Shown here one piece after another: positions 8,522 to 16,767 of a DNA stretch of 58,161 bases (positions within the stretch are counted from its first letter, which is position 1; every line of letters begins with the position of its first letter). The stretch covers positions 1 through 58,161 of IMG/VR virus record IMGVR_UViG_3300044825_001220. One strand, given 5' to 3'. This stretch comes from a virus. Lineage: Duplodnaviria; Caudoviricetes. Below the pieces are notes generated by a model, which worked only from the letters and a program-made list of their open reading frames with translations, was not told where the DNA came from and did not search any database. Both the position numbers and the translations under genes were made by a program.

Positions 8522-9459
8522 CAGTAAGTGCTCCCGATGAATTGCTGGCGCGGCACAAACCGGATTGCGGCCTTCTCACGGTCCTCATCAGCGGCCAACT
8601 GCCACGCCTCGTCGTATTGAGCCTTCAGGACGGGCAAACGCTCCATCCCCCCGGGAATCTTCCCGGCGATGTAATAGGACAGACCCGCCGCCATGCAGGG
8701 GATGAACCTGAACGGCACATCCATGATGTTCACACCGCCACCGGCATCCTGCGTACGGCGCAGCCGCCAGTACACAAACTGGTACTGCTGGGCGTTGTCC
8801 GGTGTTGGCCAGACCGTGATAGCCGGAAGCTGCTGCCAGTAGACCGTTGACCCGTTGTTGTGAGATGCCGCCGTGGTATTGGCCTGACCCCTAAAGCAGT
8901 TGTATAGGGTATTCCCTAAGATGTACCCATAGTTGATGATCTCAGAGTCAATCTTGATAAACCCGGTGGCAGGCAGGCCAACCACAGAGTTGAGGGTGAT
9001 CTCAGTGACGGTGGCGTTGATTCCACCCACTTGGCTGATGGACAAGCCGGTCGGGCTCTGCTGGCCGTTGTACCGCTGAACCCAGACTTGGATCGGGCGG
9101 GCCTGCTGGAGCTTGTTTGGCAGAGTGGCGTAGGTTGAGACACTGATCCGGGTGATGGTCAGGTCTGCCTGAGTCGCAGCCACGTTGGCCCCGGTGCGGA
9201 TCACATGCTCCAGAAGATCAATTGTGTCGGTCGGCAGAGCGTAGGTGTTCTGGCCCTGCACAAGGTCAATCGTGCCCTGCTCGATGGTCCAGAGATTGAT
9301 GCCCCGGTTGGCCCAGTCGGCAAACATGATGTTGAGCGAACGACGGGCGGTCTTGAGATCGTAGCCCGTGCGCAACTCTGAACCGGCACGCTCAAACGCT
9401 TCCTCGACCAGTTCAGTCAGGTCGAGGTTAAAACTGCTTGCGCCTGATGTGGTGGCCAT
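8521..9459 (-). CDS. Head-tail adaptor / tail tubular protein A-like with inserted beta domain
   Basis: EEAFERAG...ARRSLN...WANRGINLW...VWPTPD...VPFRF motifs. Confidence 0.7.
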   Translation of the reverse strand: MATTSGASSFNLDLTELVEEAFERAGSELRTGYDLKTARRSLNIMFADWANRGINLWTIEQGTIDLVQGQNTYALPTDTIDLLEHVIRTGANVAATQADLTITRISVSTYATLPNKLQQARPIQVWVQRYNGQQSPTGLSISQVGGINATVTEITLNSVVGLPATGFIKIDSEIINYGYILGNTLYNCFRGQANTTAASHNNGSTVYWQQLPAITVWPTPDNAQQYQFVYWRLRRTQDAGGGVNIMDVPFRFIPCMAAGLSYYIAGKIPGGMERLPVLKAQYDEAWQLAADEDREKAAIRFVPRQQFIGSTY

Positions 9460-9692
9460 TACCTATACCTCGCCGTCTTCGCCGCCACCTTGGGTGGTTG
9501 CTTTACAAATTGTTTTCCAACCTTTTTGCCTGCCCGCTTGGCACGGGTTGTGGCAGCATACTCAGCGGGAGTCAACGCCTTGATGGCTTTCTCAGGCAGA
9601 TATCGCTCACCCGTCTTGGAAGACGGTTTGCCGGACTTGGTGCGCCACTTCTGAGCACCCCAGTCCTTGAGCGATTGCTGCGGGTCTTTCAC
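9459..9692 (-). CDS. Small basic protein
   Basis: PQQSLKDW...WRTKSGKPSSKTGERYLP; coupled to neighbours. Confidence 0.7.
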   Translation of the reverse strand: MKDPQQSLKDWGAQKWRTKSGKPSSKTGERYLPEKAIKALTPAEYAATTRAKRAGKKVGKQFVKQPPKVAAKTARYR

Positions 9693-9973
9693 TTGTACCC
9701 ACCCCCACGGGCCTTGTACTGTTTGGCCAGAAGCTGTGCCTTACGGGCTGACCATTGGCCTGCGCCTGTACCCTGCACCGCACGGGACTTGATTGACTCA
9801 AACAGCGACTTGCGCATACCCGGCTTGGTGTAGACGCCAGCCTGATTGACCTTGGATTTGGTCTGGCCACCAGCCGCGTACTGATCAAAGTCAGTATCGT
9901 CCCTACGGGCCTTGCGTTTCGGCCCGGGCATCTTGCTGGGGTTGATGGCCCCCATGCCACGGCTGGCCATCAT
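9689..9973 (-). CDS. Small basic protein (YAAGG motif)
   Basis: MMASRGMGAINPSK...GQWSARKAQLLAKQYKARGGGYK. Confidence 0.7.
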   Translation of the reverse strand: MMASRGMGAINPSKMPGPKRKARRDDTDFDQYAAGGQTKSKVNQAGVYTKPGMRKSLFESIKSRAVQGTGAGQWSARKAQLLAKQYKARGGGYK

Positions 9974-9975
9974 GG

Positions 9976-10272
9976 TTACACCAGCTTGCCGCGAGTTTTG
10001 CCACGCTGCGCGCAACCATCAGCAGCGCGTACATAACCGCCATTGGCATAACCAGAAGATGATTTGTCCATCGACTTTGGCATCTCTGTAGATGTCAAAG
10101 ACTGGTTATAGGCATCCTCCAGTTTGGGTGCCATTTTTTCATCTTCCATTTCTTGAATCATCCGCATCTGCGCACCAGTAGGAGGAATCTTCCTGCCACG
10201 GCCAGCACCAGCCGTGCTGTTCATTTTCATGCCCAGCTTTTTTTCAACTTCTTCTGTGATGTTTGGATTCAT
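9976..10272 (-). CDS. Small protein (YANGG, DGCAQRGKT C-terminal motif)
   Basis: SD GAGG; shares C-terminal motif with two neighbours. Confidence 0.7.
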   Translation of the reverse strand: MNPNITEEVEKKLGMKMNSTAGAGRGRKIPPTGAQMRMIQEMEDEKMAPKLEDAYNQSLTSTEMPKSMDKSSSGYANGGYVRAADGCAQRGKTRGKLV

Positions 10273-10281
10273 GATTGCACC

Positions 10282-11193
10282 TCAATAAATTTTGCACTTT
10301 GTTTTGCCTTTGGAGGCAATGCCGTCGCCGCGTTTAGAAGCGGAGGACACTCCACCAGAAGCCATCTTCTTTGGCTTGGCCTTGACCGCGCCGCCTTCTT
10401 TACGTCGAGTGGTGTTAAAACCCCGGCCACGTTTTGCCAACTCTTCTTGTTGACGGCGGTATGCTTCTAGCTCTCGTGCAGTAGGACCACCTTGAGCACC
10501 GCGACCGCCTTTTACAGTGCTTGGTCGAACCCCGGTTCTATAATAAGTTAAAGCACTTGCATCGGTTTGGGTTCCGTACGGGACACCACTTTCTGCCAAA
10601 GCGTTAGCTTTTCTTACCATGCGTCTATACTCTTGATCGCGCTCCATTTCTTCTGCTGTTGCGCCGCCTATACCGCTACTGCGGCCAGCACCAGCCGGGT
10701 TATCAAGCTTAACGCCAGTTATGCGAGAAATCTCACCACTGATATTGGGGCCGATATCTTGCCCGGGGTTAAAAACACTTTCCTCATCATAGCTAGACCT
10801 TCGCCGGGGGGCGGCGGCAGGAGCGCGATTTTCGAACATCGCGTCTGCGGCGGCATTAGCGCTACGCTGAGAATCGTCAGCGAAAACACCGCGACGGGGG
10901 CGATAAGTAACAGCGGGGGCGGAGGCGACAGCGGCGGGGGGACGAAACGTAGAACCACCGGGTTCCCGGTCATCATCAAAAGTCACCCTTGCGGCAGCAT
11001 CCGCATACAAATCCGCTGGACTCATATCTCCGCGAACGGACGGCGGGCGGTCTTCTACGGGCGGACGGTCAGTCCCGCGATACTCCACAGGAGCAAGCTC
11101 TTCTCCGGCCCTTTTGTACAGGCCCTTACCCGCCATAAACCCCAACGCGCCCAGCGCAGCAAGGCCAGCTAAATTACGAGAACGTCGAGACAT
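10282..11193 (-). CDS. Low-complexity protein with N-terminal hydrophobic helix and DGIASKGKT C-terminal motif
   Basis: SD AGGAG; LAGLAALGALGF; MASGG. Confidence 0.7.
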   Translation of the reverse strand: MSRRSRNLAGLAALGALGFMAGKGLYKRAGEELAPVEYRGTDRPPVEDRPPSVRGDMSPADLYADAAARVTFDDDREPGGSTFRPPAAVASAPAVTYRPRRGVFADDSQRSANAAADAMFENRAPAAAPRRRSSYDEESVFNPGQDIGPNISGEISRITGVKLDNPAGAGRSSGIGGATAEEMERDQEYRRMVRKANALAESGVPYGTQTDASALTYYRTGVRPSTVKGGRGAQGGPTARELEAYRRQQEELAKRGRGFNTTRRKEGGAVKAKPKKMASGGVSSASKRGDGIASKGKTKCKIY

Positions 11194-11205
11194 GATAATC
11201 TCCTA

Positions 11206-11691
11206 TTAGCAGGCGTAGCCGCCCTTTTTCATGCCCAGCGGCTTGGATGCACCCATCTTGACCTGCATGCCTTTGGTCTTGCCCTTCGTCGCAACACCAT
11301 CTTTACTGGGAGCGGCGGTACGGACGGTGCCCATTTTGGCGGTAGTGATGCCACCATTGGCCATCTTCTTCATACCGGCCTCTTTCATCTCATGCTTGAT
11401 CATGGACTTGGGAGCGCCCTTCTTCTTCATAAAGGACACTTCTTTCTTCATCATCTCTTTCGATTCTTTCATGTCGCCACCTCTTGCAAAAAGTTCTTGC
11501 TTGCCTTGATTGGTTTTAGGTCGGTTGATCGCCTGCGTACTCGCCCGGCTACCAGACCCAAACCGCTTACCCTTGTCTGCCTTCATGAACTCTTTGCCGA
11601 CAGACTGTGGGACCCCTACGCGCTTGGCAGCGGCGGGGTCGTTAGCCACCATCGCCATCAAGTTGTGCTGTTTCTTGCTAACCGAGGGCAC
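11206..11691 (-). CDS. Lys/Met-rich basic protein with several xAxGG motifs
   Basis: MPSVSKKQHNLMAMVA...; FARGG, MANGG, MKKGG. Confidence 0.75.
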   Translation of the reverse strand: MPSVSKKQHNLMAMVANDPAAAKRVGVPQSVGKEFMKADKGKRFGSGSRASTQAINRPKTNQGKQELFARGGDMKESKEMMKKEVSFMKKKGAPKSMIKHEMKEAGMKKMANGGITTAKMGTVRTAAPSKDGVATKGKTKGMQVKMGASKPLGMKKGGYAC

Positions 11692-11926
11692 TGCGCTGCT
11701 CCTTCATGAAGTCATCAATCTTCTTCTCAAGCCGGTCAAGCCGATCCAAGACGCGATTGATGTCCGTATGCACCTCCTGCTTGGTGACATACTCCTTCGC
11801 AATCTCTTCCCGGGTACGGTTGAGAAGAATCTGAATGCGCTTCATCTCGTCCGTGGACATCTTCACCCAGAACAAAATTAGGGCGGAGACGAGGGAGAGC
11901 GCAGCGTTCCACAGCGTTACATCCAT
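11678..11926 (-). CDS. Single-TM coiled-coil protein (holin-like?)
   Basis: N-terminal TM LWNAALSLVSALILFWV followed by coiled coil. Confidence 0.6.
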   Translation of the reverse strand: MDVTLWNAALSLVSALILFWVKMSTDEMKRIQILLNRTREEIAKEYVTKQEVHTDINRVLDRLDRLEKKIDDFMKEQRSALG

Positions 11927-11927
11927 T

Positions 11928-12182
11928 TCAGCAGTTCCACGCCCTCAGGCTTTTGTTGATACGGCTGTTTGGGTCCTTCTTGGCCTTCTCGCCGGTCATT
12001 TTGGCCTTCATCCCAGACATCCTGGCACAGAAGGAGTCGCGGCGCGCTCCGCCTTGTGGCTGCGGGGGTTTGAGCCCCGGTTTGCCCGGATTGGCTTTGT
12101 TGTAGGAGGCTCGCCCCTTGGCGTTGAGTCCGCCTTTGGGGTTCTTGCCTTCCTTGCGAGTCCACGCCGGGGTCTTAGCCAT
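11928..12182 (-). CDS. Small basic protein
   Basis: MAKTPAWTRKEGKNPKGGLN...SFCARM...SLRAWNC. Confidence 0.7.
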   Translation of the reverse strand: MAKTPAWTRKEGKNPKGGLNAKGRASYNKANPGKPGLKPPQPQGGARRDSFCARMSGMKAKMTGEKAKKDPNSRINKSLRAWNC

Positions 12183-12462
12183 AGAAGATCGTGACTGCGG
12201 CAGCATCACCTGTGTCGCAGAACACCCCGTTATCAGCCCGAATGCCTTCGCCAGGGATCACAACAGTGTGTGCTCCCGCCGCCGTAACACCCAAACGCAA
12301 CAACACGTTACCAGACGCAGCCGAGGCGTTGTCATAGAAAACAACCGGGTTGGTTCCGCCGGTAGTTACAGAGATGTACGCACCTTTGATGCGTACGGGG
12401 TACGGAACCATCGCCGCGTCAGACGCCGTATAGGCGGCTTTTACGTCATATTGCATGGCCAT
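12175..12462 (-). CDS. Small virion protein
   Basis: SD GGAGG; IPGEGI...VTIFYG beta protein. Confidence 0.7.
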   Translation of the reverse strand: MAMQYDVKAAYTASDAAMVPYPVRIKGAYISVTTGGTNPVVFYDNASAASGNVLLRLGVTAAGAHTVVIPGEGIRADNGVFCDTGDAAAVTIFYG

Positions 12463-12474
12463 GTCGGCCTCCTA

Positions 12475-12897
12475 TTAAGCCGTACGGCTGAAGGTGTAGG
12501 CGGTGGCGCTGGAGAACATCAGGGTGAAACGGGCCAAGCCAGTCGCACCAGCAGCAATGGTCAGGTCACCAAAGTTGGCGGTACTGCCATCCACGCCAGC
12601 ACTGGACAGGACTGCGTTGGTATTTGCGGCCACAGTCACAACGCTTGCACCTGCGGTGTTGTCAACAAACAGGTCCAGCACCGTGCCACGAGATGCGCCC
12701 AAGAAGGTACCCAGATCAGTGCCGGTGGGCAGCGTAATCGTGACGGTGCCAGCCGAAGTAGAGGTGATGTAGCCATCAGCAACCTGTGCCGCAGTAGCGG
12801 TGCCGGTCGTGTTGATAGCGTTGAGGGAAGTGGGTTGGTGGCCTTGAATGAAGCCGTTTTGCGAAACGACCGGGCCATTGAACGTAGTACGTGCCAT
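12475..12897 (-). CDS. Capsid-associated/decoration protein
   Basis: MARTTFNGPVVSQNGF N-terminus; directly downstream of capsid gene. Confidence 0.65.
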   Translation of the reverse strand: MARTTFNGPVVSQNGFIQGHQPTSLNAINTTGTATAAQVADGYITSTSAGTVTITLPTGTDLGTFLGASRGTVLDLFVDNTAGASVVTVAANTNAVLSSAGVDGSTANFGDLTIAAGATGLARFTLMFSSATAYTFSRTA

Positions 12898-12899
12898 GA

Positions 12900-12980
12900 T
12901 TCCTCACATGCGAGTTAATTGAGGGCGCTCTGTCTGCATGTCGTCAGCCGGGACTGTCAGAAACGCCGGAAACCCCGGGA
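12900..12980 (-). ncRNA. Structured, pseudoknotted RNA downstream of the capsid gene (candidate Mu-gpT-DE motif)
   Basis: Three crossing helices seen: 12971-78/12948-55, 12958-67/12924-32, 12936-41/12906-11; position downstream of a Mu gpT-like capsid gene. Confidence 0.5.
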
Positions 12981-12987
12981 TGTAGCC

Positions 12988-13016
12988 AATATACAGGAAA
13001 AAGAAAAGGGGCACAA
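12988..13016 (-). promoter_or_regulatory. Putative sigma70 promoter overlapping the capsid terminator
   Basis: TTGTGC-17 bp-TATATT on minus strand. Confidence 0.4.
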
Positions 13017-13027
13017 GGCCCCTTTTC
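12998..13027 (-). terminator. Rho-independent terminator after capsid gene
   Basis: GAAAAGGGGC cttgt GCCCCTTTTC followed by TTTTT. Confidence 0.75.
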
Positions 13028-13037
13028 TAGGTTTTCA

Positions 13038-13949
13038 TCAGGTCGAACCTGACGAGCCCCACATACCCAGCGGGTCAGACCAGCCGAACGAATAACGCTC
13101 GCGGGCCTTGTAGCGGACGTTGCCGGTGTCAAAGTCACCGTCCATCGAGTTCTGCAACGGAGTACGCACAAAGTGCTTCATGCCGTTGGGAACGTCGGTG
13201 GTCAGGAACCAAGCGTTCGGGTCAGTCAAGAAGTGGTTGACCGTGTAACCCTCAGGGATTGCGCCCATCTGCTTGATAGCGTTGATATCGTTATCAGCAG
13301 TTGCAACCCGCAGTTCGGTGTCAAGCAGGCGCTTGGCGGTGAACATCAGGGCCGGGGGAACAATCATCTTCTTGGGTTTGGCAGCGATCAGCAGGCCACG
13401 CTCGTCGGTCCAAGCGGCGATCTGAATAACGGCGGCTTCCAGGGAAGTCTCGTTCAGGTCAACTTGGGTGCCGGGAGTGTTGCTGTTCACACCACCGGAA
13501 ACCAGCGGGTGATTTGCATTGAACAGGGAAACGCCATCACCACCGGGGTAGGTGTTGGAGAAGCCGTTGTTCAGCACAGCAGCAGCCTTTACTTGCTTGG
13601 TGTACGCCATAGCGCGGGCCAGAGCCTTGGTGTAACGAGCAGACAGGCTGTCGTACAGGTTGTCTTCAATCGCCTCTTCGGTAATCGAGAAACCCAGGGC
13701 AATGGTTTCGTGCGTATAGCGGGTGCTCCAAGCCTCTTGCGCGTTGTCGTAGGCAATCGCACTGCCCTCGTTCTTCACCGGAGCGGCGGAGAAGCCAGAC
13801 AGCTTGGTTTCCTCTTCAAACGAACGCTCGGAAGTCTCGGTTTCGTAGATTTCCTTGTGCTCTTCGCCGTAGCGAGCGTACTCCATACCGAACAGGGCGT
13901 TCAGACCGGGGAGCAGCTCTTTCAGCAGTTGTGCGCGTGAAATAGCCAT
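13038..13949 (-). CDS. Major capsid protein (HK97 fold, Mu gpT-like family)
   Basis: MAISRAQLLKELLPGLNALFG...DFDTGNVRYKARERYSFGWSD; strong codon bias; followed by terminator. Confidence 0.9.
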   Translation of the reverse strand: MAISRAQLLKELLPGLNALFGMEYARYGEEHKEIYETETSERSFEEETKLSGFSAAPVKNEGSAIAYDNAQEAWSTRYTHETIALGFSITEEAIEDNLYDSLSARYTKALARAMAYTKQVKAAAVLNNGFSNTYPGGDGVSLFNANHPLVSGGVNSNTPGTQVDLNETSLEAAVIQIAAWTDERGLLIAAKPKKMIVPPALMFTAKRLLDTELRVATADNDINAIKQMGAIPEGYTVNHFLTDPNAWFLTTDVPNGMKHFVRTPLQNSMDGDFDTGNVRYKARERYSFGWSDPLGMWGSSGST

Positions 13950-13967
13950 GATTAATTACTCCTTCGA

Positions 13968-14660
13968 TTAGACGCCAACGGGGTTGAGGTACTGATGACC
14001 GCCGGTGACAACGCTGGCCGTGGTCGTGGTGATGCCGCCACTGGAGGTGGAGGTAGACACAACGTACGGAGCATTGAACTTGCAGATCACTTCAACGAAG
14101 TTGCCAGACGAGTTTGCGGTGTCGGGCACAACGTCGATGATGCGAATGGGCAACGATGCGGTGCCAGTGCTGCCGGTGGTGTAGACACCAATCCGGCTGT
14201 CGCCGGTCGAAGTCAAGCCAGCGTTTTGCACTAGTTCAGCGTTCGTGCCAATCACACTACGGCTCAGGTAGGTCGGCGTCAAGCCGTTGCCACCTTCGGT
14301 TTGACCAGCAACCAGAACGGCCTTGAACAGGACATCCGGGTCATCCTGCACGTATGCAGTGATGTAAGTGCCGGTGGGCGCAGCGTACCCGGTGGGGTAG
14401 TACTGAGCGAAGATGGTCTGACCTTGCGCGTTAACGTAAGAGCAGCCCTGAAAGATACCAACAGGCGTAGCGGTTGCTTCGCCAAGGTCTTTCTCGATGT
14501 AGCCCGTCGAAACAATCTTCACCACATCTCCATAAAAGATGTTACCAGCGAACCCAGCGGGGTCGATCTGATACTGGCGAGTTTGTCCGGCGAACACCTG
14601 ACCACCGATCAAATTGATCGGCTTCAAGCCATACGGCTTGTCAACGGTGGGATAAGCCAT
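13968..14660 (-). CDS. Capsid cement/minor head protein
   Basis: PYGLKPINLIGG...IFYGDVV...GIFQGCSY...DDPD; immediately upstream of capsid gene. Confidence 0.7.
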   Translation of the reverse strand: MAYPTVDKPYGLKPINLIGGQVFAGQTRQYQIDPAGFAGNIFYGDVVKIVSTGYIEKDLGEATATPVGIFQGCSYVNAQGQTIFAQYYPTGYAAPTGTYITAYVQDDPDVLFKAVLVAGQTEGGNGLTPTYLSRSVIGTNAELVQNAGLTSTGDSRIGVYTTGSTGTASLPIRIIDVVPDTANSSGNFVEVICKFNAPYVVSTSTSSGGITTTTASVVTGGHQYLNPVGV

Positions 14661-14675
14661 TTAAGACTCCTAAAT

Positions 14676-15155
14676 TTAAGAACCAGAACCGAAAGTGACC
14701 TTGGAGCTTCGTTCAGTGAATTTCTGCATCCGAGGATCATTTTCACGAAGGAAACTGTTGTCCACCGAATCAATCTGAGCCTTGTTTTGGCGCTCGTAGT
14801 GTTGCATACGCTGCTCCAAAAACTCAGTCGGAATACGACAGAGCAACAGACCACCAACCTCGATACCGCCTTTGAAGCGGCCCTCAGTAGCGGCGTGCAT
14901 CATGAGTTCAGGATATTCCTCTGCTTTGCAGGGTTCGTATCCCTCTCGTAACTTGCTAGAGATGTTGCTGGGATCAGCAGTGCCTTGAATGCTCACGCGA
15001 ACGTAGCGATGCTTCCAACCCGGACGATCATCCGGTTGAGGAAGAATTTCCGGGGCACGCCACATCTGGGGACGGGCATTAACCGCACGGGACTCCATTG
15101 CGCGGGGCGCACGATTTTGACGACCTTGGGCCGCCATTTGCTCTTGCTGTTCCAT
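14676..15155 (-). CDS. Conserved head-module protein
   Basis: W.RV...NISSKLREGYEP...IEVGGLLLCRIP. Confidence 0.7.
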   Translation of the reverse strand: MEQQEQMAAQGRQNRAPRAMESRAVNARPQMWRAPEILPQPDDRPGWKHRYVRVSIQGTADPSNISSKLREGYEPCKAEEYPELMMHAATEGRFKGGIEVGGLLLCRIPTEFLEQRMQHYERQNKAQIDSVDNSFLRENDPRMQKFTERSSKVTFGSGS

Positions 15156-16165
15156 TATTCACCTCTGTTAAGTAAAGCAGCCTGTTTAGCATATTGTTCC
15201 AAAGGAACCCCAAGACGACGAGCTATGTTCGCTTCGGATGACTTCAGTCGAATACGACTAGGCGACGAACTGCGAGAGGCCGGAGCCACCACAGTCGCGG
15301 GTTTTGAAGCACGGCGCGGAGGCTCTTCTTCCTCCTCAACCGGGGCTGACCTCTTTCGCGGAGGCGGGTCATTGTCCTCTTGGCTCTGAGTCTCAAAGTA
15401 CTCAGGAAATCTTTTTCGCATAGTACGGTCAATAGTCTTAAAGTACTCTTCCGTACCGACATAGTCCGCACCATACTCCCGCTGCAACTTCTTGTCAAGA
15501 CCCATTGCAGCCATCGTCATTTCATCGTCCGGGCCAAACCAATCGCTGTTAGCGTCAACCCAACGCTTGGTACGGGGGCTGATCTTGGGGGCGGCGGGTT
15601 CCGCTTTCGCAGGTTTAAATTCTTCCTTCTCCTCAAGCTCAATTGGTTTGAGCGTCTCGGCCTTGTCCAGTTTTACGGTAGCCTTAGCAATCGCCTCCTG
15701 AGCCGTAATGATTGCGTCAGCATCGCCTGCGTCATACGCCTTACGATACTTCTCCTTGGCCGTCTCAAGTTCCGCCTGCGCGGCCCCTTTTGAGGTCTCA
15801 ATATACGCCTTGCTGCCGGTAGAAAGCTGCTCTTTCAGGCGTTTGTTCTCTTCATACACCTGCTTGGCAAAATGCTCCGCAGCCTCGCGCTCGCGTAGAG
15901 CTTCCTCTTTGGCCCGACGCTCATCGTGATATCCACGGGTGAACTTCTTGATTCGGGACTGGACTTTCTCGTCGTAGGACGCCAATTCGTCGTCCGTGGG
16001 GTCCTCAACCGGCTCGCGCATGGGTTTACGCCCGCGATCCGCCGGAGGGGTGTCGTCTTCGATTTCAACTTTTACGTCGGAATCATCAGCCTTTTCGGCT
16101 TTAAATTTGGTCTTTTGTTCCGCCTCATCGGGGAACTCAAACTCTTCAAATTGCTGCGTTGCCAT
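15155..16165 (-). CDS. Capsid scaffolding protein
   Basis: Acidic, coiled-coil, ends IARRLGVPLEQYAK; lies between portal and capsid. Confidence 0.7.
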   Translation of the reverse strand: MATQQFEEFEFPDEAEQKTKFKAEKADDSDVKVEIEDDTPPADRGRKPMREPVEDPTDDELASYDEKVQSRIKKFTRGYHDERRAKEEALREREAAEHFAKQVYEENKRLKEQLSTGSKAYIETSKGAAQAELETAKEKYRKAYDAGDADAIITAQEAIAKATVKLDKAETLKPIELEEKEEFKPAKAEPAAPKISPRTKRWVDANSDWFGPDDEMTMAAMGLDKKLQREYGADYVGTEEYFKTIDRTMRKRFPEYFETQSQEDNDPPPRKRSAPVEEEEEPPRRASKPATVVAPASRSSSPSRIRLKSSEANIARRLGVPLEQYAKQAALLNRGE

Positions 16166-16175
16166 TTGTCACTCC

Positions 16176-16580
16176 TTATGCAGCGCGGGTAATCCCACGC
16201 GGGTCTTCCACAACGGCCTCAACCGATTCATCATTGATGATGCGGAACTCTCGGCCATGAATCTTCAAGCGGGTGCCTGAATTGGGTCGGACGATGACAA
16301 AGTCACCTTGTTTGCACGACGGTCCACTAGGGAACCGGGTCTTGTCCTGATAGCAGTCAGGGCCGAGCTTGACCACGAACAACACGGGGGTCAGAACCTC
16401 CTCGTAGTGCATGGTTTGTGCGGACTTAAGAATTTCGCTGTCTTCATATTCCGCCATCGCCTCAGGAACGACACACAGCATGTGATACGTCTTTGGGTCA
16501 GGAAGCTGTTTGGCTTTCTCTTCTGCGCTCTTGTTCAAAATGCCGGAGAGGTCTACGGCAGCCACATCAAATTCACTCAT
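16176..16580 (-). CDS. groES: GroES-like co-chaperonin
   Basis: VVKLGPDCY...CKQGDFVIV...GTRLKIHGREFRIINDESVEAVV Cpn10 pattern. Confidence 0.8.
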   Translation of the reverse strand: MSEFDVAAVDLSGILNKSAEEKAKQLPDPKTYHMLCVVPEAMAEYEDSEILKSAQTMHYEEVLTPVLFVVKLGPDCYQDKTRFPSGPSCKQGDFVIVRPNSGTRLKIHGREFRIINDESVEAVVEDPRGITRAA

Positions 16581-16767
16581 TCGTCATCCTTTGCACGAGG
16601 TCCTCAATCACATGATCTGCGTAGTTAAGACCCCGGATCACTCCACAGACTTTTTTGTACTCGTCGTACGTGTCGGCACGGCTTGCAGCAAGAAAGGCAA
16701 CTTGCTCCTGCCGGTACTTTTCAATCTCTTTCTGCACGAGTGCGAGCACTCGGATTTCATCCTGCAT
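16573..16767 (-). CDS. Small helical protein downstream of portal
   Basis: YDEYKKVCGVIRGL; coupled to neighbours. Confidence 0.7.
   Translation of the reverse strand: MQDEIRVLALVQKEIEKYRQEQVAFLAASRADTYDEYKKVCGVIRGLNYADHVIEDLVQRMTNE

Noticed and set aside
12935-12950. CUGACGA suggests a hammerhead ribozyme core
   Set aside because: The required GAAA after stem II is absent (UGAG follows)
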